Origin: Stramenopiles sp. TOSAG23-3
Lineage: Eukaryota
Reading direction: 5' to 3'
NCBI GenBank assembly: GCA_900128585.1
Contig: LT642147.1
Coordinates: forward strand, 1 to 64,000
Length of the DNA: 64,000 bases
Part shown: piece after piece, positions 10,085-20,155 of the stretch
Layout of the letters: each line of letters opens with the position of its first letter
How positions within the stretch are numbered: the first letter of the stretch is position 1
Notes under the pieces: generated by a model
Databases searched by the model: none
Told to the model about the DNA's origin: nothing
Seen by the model: the letters and a program-made list of their open reading frames with translations, nothing else
Program-made: the position numbers and the translations under genes

Positions 10085-13063
10085 TTACTGTTGCTGGGCC
10101 TTGTTTTTTCGCTCCAACGCTTCCTTTTTACGTTTTGCAAGTTCTAACTTTTTGCGCAAAAGGAAAGCCTTTTTGGCAGCTAAATTTTTTTCTTTTTGCA
10201 GCCGTTCAGCCAACTCTGCTTTGCTTGGACCAGCACGACTTACAGAATCGCTTTGGTTTGGTTTGGTAGGGACTGCTTTGGGTGCACTGTTGCTCTTGGA
10301 ATGTGAGGCGATTTTTGTTTGCAGCAACTCAATTTTCTTCATTGCTGCTGAATGCATGGAAGTGTTTTTGTCGCGCTCATCCTGTACCCTTTTCAACTCT
10401 TCTTTCACCTCTCCCAACTCTTTGTTACACTTCCCATACTTTGCCTCTATTTCCCCGACTTGTTTTGAAACGGACGCCTTCATTGTTGTCGATTGTTTTT
10501 CTGACAAAGATTTTAACGCTGTGTACGACTCTTCTTTCTTGGAAAGTAACCCATTTAACTCCCTAATTTTCTGTTCCAGCCTATCGGTTTTCTTTGAATG
10601 ATTCGCGCTGATCGCGGATAGTTTTTGTTTGCTATTTTCTAGTTTTTCCCGCATTTCCTGGAGCTTACCGTCCTTTGATTTTAAATCTGCCTCCATGGTT
10701 GTGATTTGGCGCTTGCTCTCCGCGATCGTATTGCCGTGTTTTGATGAATCCGATTTACTCTGTTGAATCGAATTTTGCATTTCTGCAATGCGACTCTGCA
10801 AAGCTGCGTTTTCCTCGATTGCAGCCTTTTCTGCTGCAGTAATTTCTATCAGCTTCTTAATGGCACCGTCTTTCTCTGCTCTGGTTTCCTGAAGCTCGGC
10901 TTTCAGTGATGTTCCCCGGTCTTCACTACTGCTGTATTTTTTTCTCTCCTGCGAGAGTTTTATTTCAAGCGATTTGACATTCTGCTGCAATTCTTTTTCA
11001 CGGGACGAAAGCTTCTGCAAAAGGTTTTCGTGCTCGCTGTCAAGCGATTCCTTTGACGACGATATTGTCTGCAATTGGTTTCGCACCGCGGCCAGTTCTT
11101 TTTCGCTATCCGACAATTTTCCGTTCGTTCTTTTCAATGCAAGCTTTACATTCGTAAGCTCGACATTTAGACCAGATATGGTGCTGTTTTGGGAACTGGT
11201 TGCACTGGAAGCTTGGCTCTCGAATGCCTTCAATTGCCTTTCCAGCGATTTCGTTTCTTCGCTTAAGTCTTTCACGCGTGCTTTCAGAGTTTGTGTTTCC
11301 GCTTCTTTCTTGCTCGACACATCCTGCAATGTTTGGTGTGCCACGGCTGCCGCTTTTTCGCTTGCTGAAAATTTCCCGTTCATTTTCTTCAGCTCAAGTT
11401 TTGCATTTTTCAGCTCGTCTTTTAAGCCGGAGATGGCGCTGCTTCGCGAATCGGCTGAGTTGGCAGCTTGGTTTTCAAACGCCTTCAATTGCTTTTCCAG
11501 CGATTTCGTCTGTTCGTTAAAATCTTTCACGCGCTTTTTTAAGCCTGTAATTGCTTCGTTTCCCGAAGTCTTGGACGCTCTCATCTCCGATAGGAGTTTG
11601 TTTCTCTCTTTGTTGGATTCATTCGTAAGTGCTTGGTATTTTGATTCGAGTTCGGAGAGCAGAGTTTGTGCTTGAGCCGCTTTCTGTTTCATCTGGTCGT
11701 TTGCTTCGATAAGTTCCCTTTCTTTCTTCTTTGATGCTGTATGCCCGTCTTTCAGTTTCGCCTCCAGGGTGCGAACTTGCTCTTTCAGTCCAGCGGCAGC
11801 AGATGCCCCCTTTGCCTTGGACGCTTTCGCCTTCAGTGCCTTTTTGAGCGCTTGGATCTCGGCTTTGAATTTCTTTGAAGATTCTTTCGATTTGGCCTTC
11901 TCTTCGTTCAGTTGGCCTTGCAAATCTTGCAGCAGCTCTGCAGCGGTCTCCTCCGCCGCCGAAATCGATTGGACGTTTGCTTCTTTCAACCCAATAATTT
12001 CTTCGTCTTTTGCGCTCATTTCCGTTTTCAGTTTAGCGACAGCATCCTTTCTTGAGTTTGCAGATAGTGCCAACGACTTTGTCATAGTTCCTAGTTGTTT
12101 TTCGAGTTTGTTGCATGCCTTCTTCAAAGTTTTGTTCGTTTCCTGAGAGTTCTGCAATTGCTTCTTCACCGAACCGAACTCTGTTTTCGAAACGGTTTTG
12201 GATTTGGCAGACGTCATTTTTTTCACCTCGCCACTTGCCTTGGTTAATTTCTTTTCGGCTTCCTTCAATTTCTTCTGCAAATCGGACGCTTTCTTCTCCG
12301 CTGTAACCTTTGCACTCTTGACTTTGCCAAATTTGGCGGCCAATTGTTTCGCGTCATTCTCTCGTTTCTTCAACACCTTTTCCAACTCTCTGCGTTGCTG
12401 TTTTGCTTCCGCGAGATCTTCTATTGCTTTCGAAGCCTTCTTTTCCATAGCGTCTACTTTGTGGAACAGGTTAACCTGCGTCCTCTCTGTGCTTGCCAAA
12501 TCCTTTCGCACTTTTGCCAGCTCTTCCATGAGCTGCTCCTTTTGCATCTGACCGTCCCGAAAAATTCGCAGCTTTTCGATGCGGTGGGACCGTCGTTCTT
12601 TGGCTTCAAACGCCACAACATTGTCAACGCCTAAGCGACGGAGCAACGCGTTGGATCTTTGTGGCGTCTCAGTTTCCTCCTTTCTTGCAACCTTTTTCCT
12701 CGGTTGTTGGACTGGACTTTCGTCGCTTCCATCGACGCGAGAGCCGCTCTCCCCTCCAGCCCCAGCTTGCTCTGGCGTCGAGGAAATCGTTTCTAGGGAT
12801 CGTTTCTTGGACGTGGACGCTGCAGATGTTTTCTTCGCCGGGGGAGATAAGGCAGACACGGTTACCTCGTTCTTGACGACACTGACAGGGGTTGTGCTGG
12901 AGCCTTCATTAGCACCACCGTCAACGATATCGATTGGACTATTATCAAAAACAAAACTATCATCGAGCAAGTCAACGACTACCGCCTCTGGTTGAAGCTG
13001 TGGAAGGAACACAACATCGTCGCCAAGGTTCGTCTCGCTGTGCCCTGAAGTAGTAGAGTCCAT
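10085..13063 (-). CDS. Long K/E-rich coiled-coil protein of unknown function
   Basis: 992-aa ORF: disordered N-terminus with acidic/hydrophobic motifs and a KKVARK basic patch, then continuous heptad-like sequence containing an internal ~85-aa duplication. Confidence 0.8.
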   Translation of the reverse strand: MDSTTSGHSETNLGDDVVFLPQLQPEAVVVDLLDDSFVFDNSPIDIVDGGANEGSSTTPVSVVKNEVTVSALSPPAKKTSAASTSKKRSLETISSTPEQAGAGGESGSRVDGSDESPVQQPRKKVARKEETETPQRSNALLRRLGVDNVVAFEAKERRSHRIEKLRIFRDGQMQKEQLMEELAKVRKDLASTERTQVNLFHKVDAMEKKASKAIEDLAEAKQQRRELEKVLKKRENDAKQLAAKFGKVKSAKVTAEKKASDLQKKLKEAEKKLTKASGEVKKMTSAKSKTVSKTEFGSVKKQLQNSQETNKTLKKACNKLEKQLGTMTKSLALSANSRKDAVAKLKTEMSAKDEEIIGLKEANVQSISAAEETAAELLQDLQGQLNEEKAKSKESSKKFKAEIQALKKALKAKASKAKGASAAAGLKEQVRTLEAKLKDGHTASKKKERELIEANDQMKQKAAQAQTLLSELESKYQALTNESNKERNKLLSEMRASKTSGNEAITGLKKRVKDFNEQTKSLEKQLKAFENQAANSADSRSSAISGLKDELKNAKLELKKMNGKFSASEKAAAVAHQTLQDVSSKKEAETQTLKARVKDLSEETKSLERQLKAFESQASSATSSQNSTISGLNVELTNVKLALKRTNGKLSDSEKELAAVRNQLQTISSSKESLDSEHENLLQKLSSREKELQQNVKSLEIKLSQERKKYSSSEDRGTSLKAELQETRAEKDGAIKKLIEITAAEKAAIEENAALQSRIAEMQNSIQQSKSDSSKHGNTIAESKRQITTMEADLKSKDGKLQEMREKLENSKQKLSAISANHSKKTDRLEQKIRELNGLLSKKEESYTALKSLSEKQSTTMKASVSKQVGEIEAKYGKCNKELGEVKEELKRVQDERDKNTSMHSAAMKKIELLQTKIASHSKSNSAPKAVPTKPNQSDSVSRAGPSKAELAERLQKEKNLAAKKAFLLRKKLELAKRKKEALERKNKAQQQ

Positions 13064-13730
13064 ATGGACAGGAAAAAGGTAAACGCCTGATCGTCGATTA
13101 ATACGAAATGGCCAATTTCTATTTCGGGATTCCGTTTGTTTCTAATTTCAACCGTTTCTTTCTTTTCTAAAAATACAATCATAATTGAAAATTTAAGTGG
13201 GTTATCATTTCGTGTTTGCAAAAATTCTGCTGATGATGATGATATAATATACCAGATATAATGGAATATATTTATTAAATAATAAAAAAAGAAAAAAAAG
13301 TAACGATTAAAATTCAAAGTGGTCTGCCGCCATACTCGTAGGTCTATCTAAATTATAAGGTAAATAACAAAATTAATGATTTCAATTGAATATAAATAAA
13401 TAGTGATAAAATATGTAAATATTTTTTAATAATTAATATGAATTATGTATAATAAATATAAATGCAATTAGAATAATAAAAAAAAAGAAGAAGAAGAAGA
13501 AGAGTTTAAATAAAATAGGATATGATATCAGCACTATTATTATATTTGTGGTACTTGTAATTATATATAATTAAAGGCCATTTTTTATAGTAATAAATAT
13601 ACAAAGAGAGAGTGCAGAGGTTCGTGATTTTAGCATTACGTTTAATAGAAGACGACTATATACACAGTAGGGTATATACGTCCTCGTAAATACTCAAATA
13701 AAGAATATTAATTACGCGTATCTCCTCACC

Positions 13731-13924
13731 TTTTTTTTTTCGTTCTTCTTTCTTCTTTCTTCTTCTTCTTCTTTCTTCTTTCTTCTTTCTTCTTTCTTCT
13801 TCTTCTTCTTCTTCTTCTTTCTTCTTTCTTCTTTCTTCTTTCTTCTTCTTCTTCTTTCTTCTTTCTTCTTCTTCTTTCTTCTTTCTTCTTCTTCTTTCTT
13901 CTTTCTTCTTTCTTCTTCTTCTTC
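13731..13924. repeat. (TTC/TTTC)n polypyrimidine microsatellite
   Basis: About 190 nt almost exclusively T and C, between divergent genes. Confidence 0.95.
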
Positions 13925-14199
13925 AACTCATTTTCTCTTCATCTATTGTACGTACAGGTACCGTACCGTAGTACTGTCGTACCATTTAATTTTTTATTAG
14001 TTGTCCATCCTTCCATAACAAAACAAAAAGATATTTCAATCCCGTAGTTACTATTTACAAAACATTTAAAAATCACCACTGGTTACTTAAAACAAACCCG
14101 ACCTGCCCCGATCGTAGACCAACCTGTTCCTGTTACGCTCTGTCTCATTTTTTGTAATATTTGGAGTTGTTTGCGTGTTTTGTTTTACGCTTGTTTACG

Positions 14200-15897
14200 A
14201 TGGGGCGAACGTTGTCCAAGTACGCTGACCAAGGAGTGAACTTGTACCCCTTCTACATCCTACTGGCCCAAGGCCGCACCTCGCTGTTTTCGTCGAGCAA
14301 ATGGTACCGTGCGTTCACGTTTTGGGCGCAGTACGCCCTTTTTAAAGTGTGGACTCGCGCCATGCGTGACGTCCTGGACCTAGGGATAGCAGGGTCTGCA
14401 ATGGCGTTGGTTGCGAGCGTCATTCGCGTCGCGAAGAAGCTTCCGTTTATTTCCCAAATCCTTGCCGGGGAACAGGCAAGCACGCTGGAAAGCATAGAGA
14501 AGCACGTCCTTGGCAGCGCCCCCGACTGCGGCAAGGTCTTTCTCAAGCTGCCGGACGTCGGCCTGACAAAAGGCGAAACAATGGAGATGGTACGAAAATC
14601 CCGAGGCGTTCAGAAAAAGTACGACGACGGCGTGGCGGCCGGTGGGATATACCACTACGAGAAGGAAGAGCTGACGGTGCTGCAAGGCGAGGCAATGTCG
14701 ACATTTTCCTGCACAAACGCGTTGTACCCGGGCACGTTCCCCGGGATTCGAAAGATGGAGTCGGAAATAGTCAGCATGGTGCTCCACATGATGAACGGTG
14801 ACCCATCGAAGGGCCATTGCGGCTGCCTGACTTCGGGGGGAACAGAGTCGGTCCTGATGGCCATGCTCGCGCACCGGGAGTACTTTCGGGACGTTCATGG
14901 GATTCACCAGCCCGAAATCGTTGCTTGCACGACTGCGCACGCCGCCCTGGACAAAGCCTGCCATTACTTCGGCATCAAGCTGGTGCACACGCAACCAGAT
15001 CCGCTCACCATGCGCGCGAGTGTCTCCGCGTTCCGGAAAGCTATTACCAACAACACCATCTGCCTGTACGTCAGCGCCCCGTCGTTCCCGCACGGGACCA
15101 TAGACCCCGTCGTGGAAGTCGCCGCCCTTGCGAAGCAGTACGGCGTCGGATGCCATGTGGACAACTGCCTGGGGGGCTTTCTTCTCTCCCATATGAAGTT
15201 GAAAGGCTACTTGCAGAACGACCAGAATTTTGATCTGACCGTTCCTGGTGTAACTTCAATTTCGGTCGACGTCCACAAATACGGCAATTCTTCGAAGGGC
15301 ACGAGCGTGGTGCTTTACAGCGACCCAGAGATTCGACGAGGGCAGTATACAACCGTCACGGACTGGCTCGGTGGACTTTACTGCACGACCGGGGCGGGGG
15401 GAAGCCGGGGCGGAGGCCCCATCGCGTCCGCCTGGGTCACGTTGGTGTACAATGGGATCCGCAGCTACACCGACAGCGCGGAGTTGGTCCACGAGACGTT
15501 CATGAAGCTTAGGGAAGAGATCCCGAAGATCAAAGGCTTGCGACTTCAGGGCTCTCCAGCCGCCGCCATAATCGCGTACACCAGCGATGATTTTGACATT
15601 TACAAGGTTGCAGACGAGATGTCTGCTTCTGGCGGCTGGGAAATTCCGAGAATGCAGCGACCGCCCTGTTTGCACATTTGTGTGTCCGTAAAGACGCCGT
15701 CTGTCGTAGCCAAGTATTTGGCCGACTTGAGGGCAGCAGTTGCCAAGTGCCGGGACACTCCCGCCTTGGTAAAAGACGGCCTTGCTGGGATATACGGCCA
15801 AGCGTCGATCGTCCCCGATCGCAGCGTTGTCGGCGACATTTTGAAAGGATACCTCGACGTGCTGTACAAGCCGCAATCGGCACCAAGCAAGCCCTAA
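14200..15897 (+). CDS. SGPL1: Sphingosine-1-phosphate lyase (PLP-dependent)
   Basis: FPGIRKMESEIVSM, LTSGGTESVLMA, SAPSFPHGTIDPV, HVDNCLGGF and SISVDVHKYG (PLP lysine). N-terminal hydrophobic anchor; first ATG at 14200. Confidence 0.93.
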   Translation: MGRTLSKYADQGVNLYPFYILLAQGRTSLFSSSKWYRAFTFWAQYALFKVWTRAMRDVLDLGIAGSAMALVASVIRVAKKLPFISQILAGEQASTLESIEKHVLGSAPDCGKVFLKLPDVGLTKGETMEMVRKSRGVQKKYDDGVAAGGIYHYEKEELTVLQGEAMSTFSCTNALYPGTFPGIRKMESEIVSMVLHMMNGDPSKGHCGCLTSGGTESVLMAMLAHREYFRDVHGIHQPEIVACTTAHAALDKACHYFGIKLVHTQPDPLTMRASVSAFRKAITNNTICLYVSAPSFPHGTIDPVVEVAALAKQYGVGCHVDNCLGGFLLSHMKLKGYLQNDQNFDLTVPGVTSISVDVHKYGNSSKGTSVVLYSDPEIRRGQYTTVTDWLGGLYCTTGAGGSRGGGPIASAWVTLVYNGIRSYTDSAELVHETFMKLREEIPKIKGLRLQGSPAAAIIAYTSDDFDIYKVADEMSASGGWEIPRMQRPPCLHICVSVKTPSVVAKYLADLRAAVAKCRDTPALVKDGLAGIYGQASIVPDRSVVGDILKGYLDVLYKPQSAPSKP

Positions 15898-16226
15898 CTT
15901 ACGATTCGAAGTGGGGAGGGTGCATCATTCGGTATGCTCTCAAAAACAAACCCAAGAAAAGGAAATAAAAGATACAGCTATTTTAAACATTTTAAAAGAT
16001 ACCATGGTAAATGCCATAAGAAGTACGTATCTTATTCGTACTTAACATATCATATCATACCATAAAAATAAAATGTTTTTGTGTAAAGTTTGTATCTTAT
16101 TTATATCATCTACTAGTACGTATTCTTATATGATATACGAAGTGCTTCGCGCGTCTTACACGGCCTGAGTGAGCGGCACTTTGTTTATCGAATCGTAACC
16201 TCGCACATACTCCCGCGCACAGCTTT

Positions 16227-16892
16227 TTACTTCTTCCCAGAACTCTTCCGTCGTTTCTTCTTTTTCTTGGACGCCGCCGCCGCTTTTCGCTTCCTCTGCT
16301 TCCTTTCGTCTTCTTCTACGTTTTCCAAGTCCAACGTCCCGCGCACAAGTTTCCCTTGCACGGCGTTGAGAAGGTTCATATCGTAGGCGAGGGGGCAAAA
16401 GTCCGAAACCAAAGTGGACACTCTCCCCGCATCCTTCTGCATGGTCACAACCATGCACGACACGGTCGGGCACAGCGGCCCACTGTAACGCACGCCACCA
16501 ATGTCAAGCGTCAGCTGGTTCTTCTCTACCAGCATACGACCCAGCGCGCCGCTATGGTGGCTTAAATTTTCCACCGGCGCCCCGGCAAGTTGTGCCAGAA
16601 CGGTCGCTTGGTTTTTCCACGACTTGGGGAGGAGCAGGGGTAGTCCCTCGTGAGAGTGCATGTTACTCACGACGGCCTCCTTGACTTTCTTTTTCTTGGC
16701 CGCCTCCGGCTCGGGAAGACTGCTCGAGCTCCCGGCGCCTCCACCTTTCGGCGGCTTTTCAACCACTTCTGTTTTCGCGTCCCTTACAAAAGGAACAAAC
16801 TCTTGCGACGATGGGACTGCTCCTGCCTCTTCGGGCTTTACGTCCTCGTCATCTGATATGAGACATACTATTTCCTCTTCCTGTTTCGACAT
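16227..16892 (-). CDS. BIN4: BIN4/MIDGET-like topoisomerase VI accessory protein
   Basis: LPLLLP...NLSHHSGALGRM...LTLDIGGVRYSGPLCPTVSCMVV...RVSTLVSDF parallels the plant BIN4 C-terminal domain (LPLVL...DLSGDMGAVGR...LDLKGTIY...IEAIMNDF). Lys-rich tail. Confidence 0.7.
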   Translation of the reverse strand: MSKQEEEIVCLISDDEDVKPEEAGAVPSSQEFVPFVRDAKTEVVEKPPKGGGAGSSSSLPEPEAAKKKKVKEAVVSNMHSHEGLPLLLPKSWKNQATVLAQLAGAPVENLSHHSGALGRMLVEKNQLTLDIGGVRYSGPLCPTVSCMVVTMQKDAGRVSTLVSDFCPLAYDMNLLNAVQGKLVRGTLDLENVEEDERKQRKRKAAAASKKKKKRRKSSGKK

Positions 16893-17289
16893 GTTTCGAC
16901 CCAAGCCAACCAGCCTTCTTTCGTAGCTCTATTTATATACTATATTTGCGTATATCCTTCTCTTGGATGCTGCACGCACACGCCAAAAACCGTTTTGGTT
17001 TTAGACCGTTTGAAAATCTGCTTGACTGCGTACGTAACAAAACAATATGGTAAGAAATAATCCACTAATCGCTTGTTTTAATTCCTTATCGCTACACCCT
17101 TCTCCCTCTTACAACTTCTCTCTCCACTCTCTCTCATTCGTTGTTTCCTTCCTTCCTTCCTTCATTTTTATTATTTTTTATTATTATTTATTGAGAGTGT
17201 TTTGGATGATGTTTATCCATCTTCTTCTAATTCATCATCATTCAATTCAATTAATAATAATATAGTTTTTTTATAATATCCACATCATC

Positions 17290-17451
17290 TCTTCTTCTTC
17301 TTTCTTCTTCTTTCTTTTTCTTTCTTCTTCTTTCTTCTTCTTTCTTCTTCTTCTTCTTTCTTCTTCTTTCTTCTTCTTCTTTCTTCTTCTTTCTTCTTCT
17401 TCTTCTTTCTTCTTCTTCTTCTCTTCTTCTTTCTTCTTCTTCTTTTTCTTC
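17290..17451. repeat. (TTC/TTTC)n microsatellite
   Basis: Pure T/C tract upstream of the 17785 gene. Confidence 0.95.
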
Positions 17452-17784
17452 AAAATTGAATAGGGTATTATCGTACTTGTATTATAAATTAATATAAAGT
17501 ATCTTTCACTCATCATCACTCGCAACAATTTGAATTTAATATAATAATTCTTCTTGATTTGATCATCATCAAGAAGAAGAAGAGTGAGTATATATACCTT
17601 GCACTAAAAAATCTTAGACGACGAACGAATGAATATAATAGTAGTACTAATTATATATAAATGCTCCCAAACAACTGCACGCTTTAGGTTATAACTTATT
17701 GAACATCGGTTCGTTTTGAAGATAGATAGTTCGTTAGAGAGAGAGATAATATACCCAGGAACGTCTCAGTGGTTTGACCTTGGG

Positions 17785-19890
17785 ATGGACGACGGAGCGG
17801 TTGAGGTGAGTCGCCCGGCACGGCCGGAAAAATACGATGCGTTAGGAAGAAGCATACGGACGTGGTGGGAAGACGGGAACGGTGGCGGTGGATTTTTTGA
17901 GGCGATCGTGTACAACTATGATTCAACTAGCAACAAGCACATGGCCCGTTACCTTGCGGATGGAGCGCTGGAGTCAATTAATGTTCTTGACCAAGACGTG
18001 ACCTTTTTGGACGAAGGTTTTAACGCGAACAGAAATAGCTACCTTTGGAAACTGTTTTTGGCGGAAGCGGAAGCGGGGGCGCCTCTCCCGCCATCGAACC
18101 CGCTTGAGATTTACATAAAACACACGAAGAAGTCACTGCTTTCACCAACGCCCACGGGCGAACAGGAGCGCAAGCTGACCCAGTACGCTTGTGAAAACTT
18201 TTCCAAGATAAGCTCGCAGGAGCGCGAAGCGTATGAAACCCAAGCAGCACACGACCACCAGCGTTTTTCAAAGGAGTTTGATGCGTACTTCAAAGCGGTT
18301 CACGGGAGGCTCCCCCCGAACAATTTGTTGCGGAAGGAAAAAGTGGAGAAGAAGAAATTGAAATTGAAACTTGTCGTGAAGAGGACGAAGCCTAAGCCGC
18401 CGAAGTCTTCTGGAGAGCCATCCCGCAAGCGCCGAAAGCCGAGCCAGCCGACTGGGGTGAAAAAGGAACCGGCAAAGAAAATGCCGAGCGTTCTTCTTCA
18501 CCCCCCGCGCCCAGAGGGACCGTACGCTTTGGGCCACCGAGTGGAGGTTTACTGGGCAGGCGACAAAAGGTTCTACCCCGGAAAAATTGTAAAGTTTAAT
18601 GCGGAAACAAGTATGCACACGGTCCGCTACGAAGAGGACGGCAACAAAGAAGAGATCGATTTGGAGGACACCAAAATCAACTTTTTTGTCAAAAGCCAAG
18701 AGGAGGAAGATGAACTTCAGTGGCAGCGCTACTTTGCAAAGTTGCACAGCAAACGGGTCCCATTCGAGCGGCCTAGGAATGCTTTCCAACTGTACTGCAG
18801 AAAAAACACGGAGTTTTTGAAGCAGACGTACCCGGCGTTGCCTTTGCAGAAGGCCGCTGGGAAGCATTGGAAACAAGTATCGGCGGACGCCAGGCTTCCT
18901 TTAGAGGAGGAGGCCCGGGCTAACATGGTGGTGTACAACCAAAAGCTGGAGGCCTACTTGAAAGCAATGCCGCGAGGGGGTTACCCCCCGTTGCCACCAA
19001 AAGAAATCCCGCTGAAGGTGTGGCACACGGAGAGACTGAAACACGCTAGACCAGAATGGAGGGGACCGATGACGTCGCTGTTTAAGCGGGGGTTTGCGGT
19101 CTTTGAAAATGTTCTTTCCCATGCTGTCATGGACCTCCTTCTGGACGGCCCGAAAGAGAAAGAAACGACGCCCGATACCCATTCTAACAGCGAGGAGGAG
19201 CAGGAAAACCGGTGCAACGGGCGGAGGGTTTTGCGAAAGCGGAGTGCCATGCAGACGTGGCATGGGGCAAAGGCTACGATCGCAGCGCATATTGACAGAC
19301 GGTCTAGCGGGCAAATAACGATAAAAGCGCCGTTGTGCACACGGAGCAGTGGTAGGTATGACATGCCTCTAAGCAACGACGTAGCATCGCCAATTTTCAT
19401 GTCTCTTCAGAAGGCCGGGCTGATAGACTTTGTCCAATTTTTGTTGAGCAATCGGGGCACAATCCGTACACAAAACATCATGCTGTCCGAGCCGGGATCT
19501 CAGCGGCAACCCATTCACACCGACAGCAACTGGGACCGCCACTGCAAGCGCGATCCCAAACCCCATTACTATACAATATTAATCCCGTTTGTGGACCAAA
19601 ACAAATTCACGGGAGGAACCATGCTCTATCCAGAAACCCATCGTACCACAAAACTCGCTGCTGTCGAAGACGGTGGCAGCGTGAAAGGGATTGAGCCACC
19701 TCAGAAAGCAGGGAACGCGTTGGTGTTTGATGGGCTGCTACAGCATCGTGGCACAGAGAACGTGAGTGGCGAGGAGGGAAAGGGGGACCCCGTCGATCGC
19801 TACTTTTATTACATGGCGATATGCATCGGGAAAGACCCAAACACGTACGTCACTGGGTATGGCGGTAAGCGCCAACAAAGCCGCCGCTAG
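17785..19890 (+). CDS. [Tudor-HMG box]x2 + PhyH-type 2OG-Fe(II) dioxygenase fusion protein
   Basis: Tudor-like segments (LGRSIRTWW..FFEAIVYNYD; LGHRVEVYWAGDKRFYPGKIVKF..HTVRYEEDG). HMG boxes (RPRNAFQLYC..GKHWKQVS). Dioxygenase triad QPIHTD...LLQHRG and a C-terminal R. First in-frame ATG at 17785. Confidence 0.8.
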   Translation: MDDGAVEVSRPARPEKYDALGRSIRTWWEDGNGGGGFFEAIVYNYDSTSNKHMARYLADGALESINVLDQDVTFLDEGFNANRNSYLWKLFLAEAEAGAPLPPSNPLEIYIKHTKKSLLSPTPTGEQERKLTQYACENFSKISSQEREAYETQAAHDHQRFSKEFDAYFKAVHGRLPPNNLLRKEKVEKKKLKLKLVVKRTKPKPPKSSGEPSRKRRKPSQPTGVKKEPAKKMPSVLLHPPRPEGPYALGHRVEVYWAGDKRFYPGKIVKFNAETSMHTVRYEEDGNKEEIDLEDTKINFFVKSQEEEDELQWQRYFAKLHSKRVPFERPRNAFQLYCRKNTEFLKQTYPALPLQKAAGKHWKQVSADARLPLEEEARANMVVYNQKLEAYLKAMPRGGYPPLPPKEIPLKVWHTERLKHARPEWRGPMTSLFKRGFAVFENVLSHAVMDLLLDGPKEKETTPDTHSNSEEEQENRCNGRRVLRKRSAMQTWHGAKATIAAHIDRRSSGQITIKAPLCTRSSGRYDMPLSNDVASPIFMSLQKAGLIDFVQFLLSNRGTIRTQNIMLSEPGSQRQPIHTDSNWDRHCKRDPKPHYYTILIPFVDQNKFTGGTMLYPETHRTTKLAAVEDGGSVKGIEPPQKAGNALVFDGLLQHRGTENVSGEEGKGDPVDRYFYYMAICIGKDPNTYVTGYGGKRQQSRR

Positions 19891-20155
19891 AAAATCCACA
19901 AATCGCGAAACTCCAACCGGCAACGAATTCAATTTCAGGTAAATTTCATTTCTAGGAAGACGTAAAGCATATTATGTACAGAAATATTGGGCGTAAACAA
20001 TTTCTCGGAAATACTTTTTTTAAAGATCTTTAGTTATAATAATATTTAAAAAGCGACAAGACTATAAGCGCACGTCGGTGCACCGTTTGCAAAAATACTC
20101 CTCGGGCCTCTAGTCACCGGGTCCGTGCGTAACCCTGGCTCTGTGCTCGTCTCCT

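Noticed and set aside
13726-13926. Poly-K/E/R ORFs here and at 17271-17528 and 42832-43017
   Set aside because: They are translations of GAA/TTC microsatellites in AT-rich spacers.
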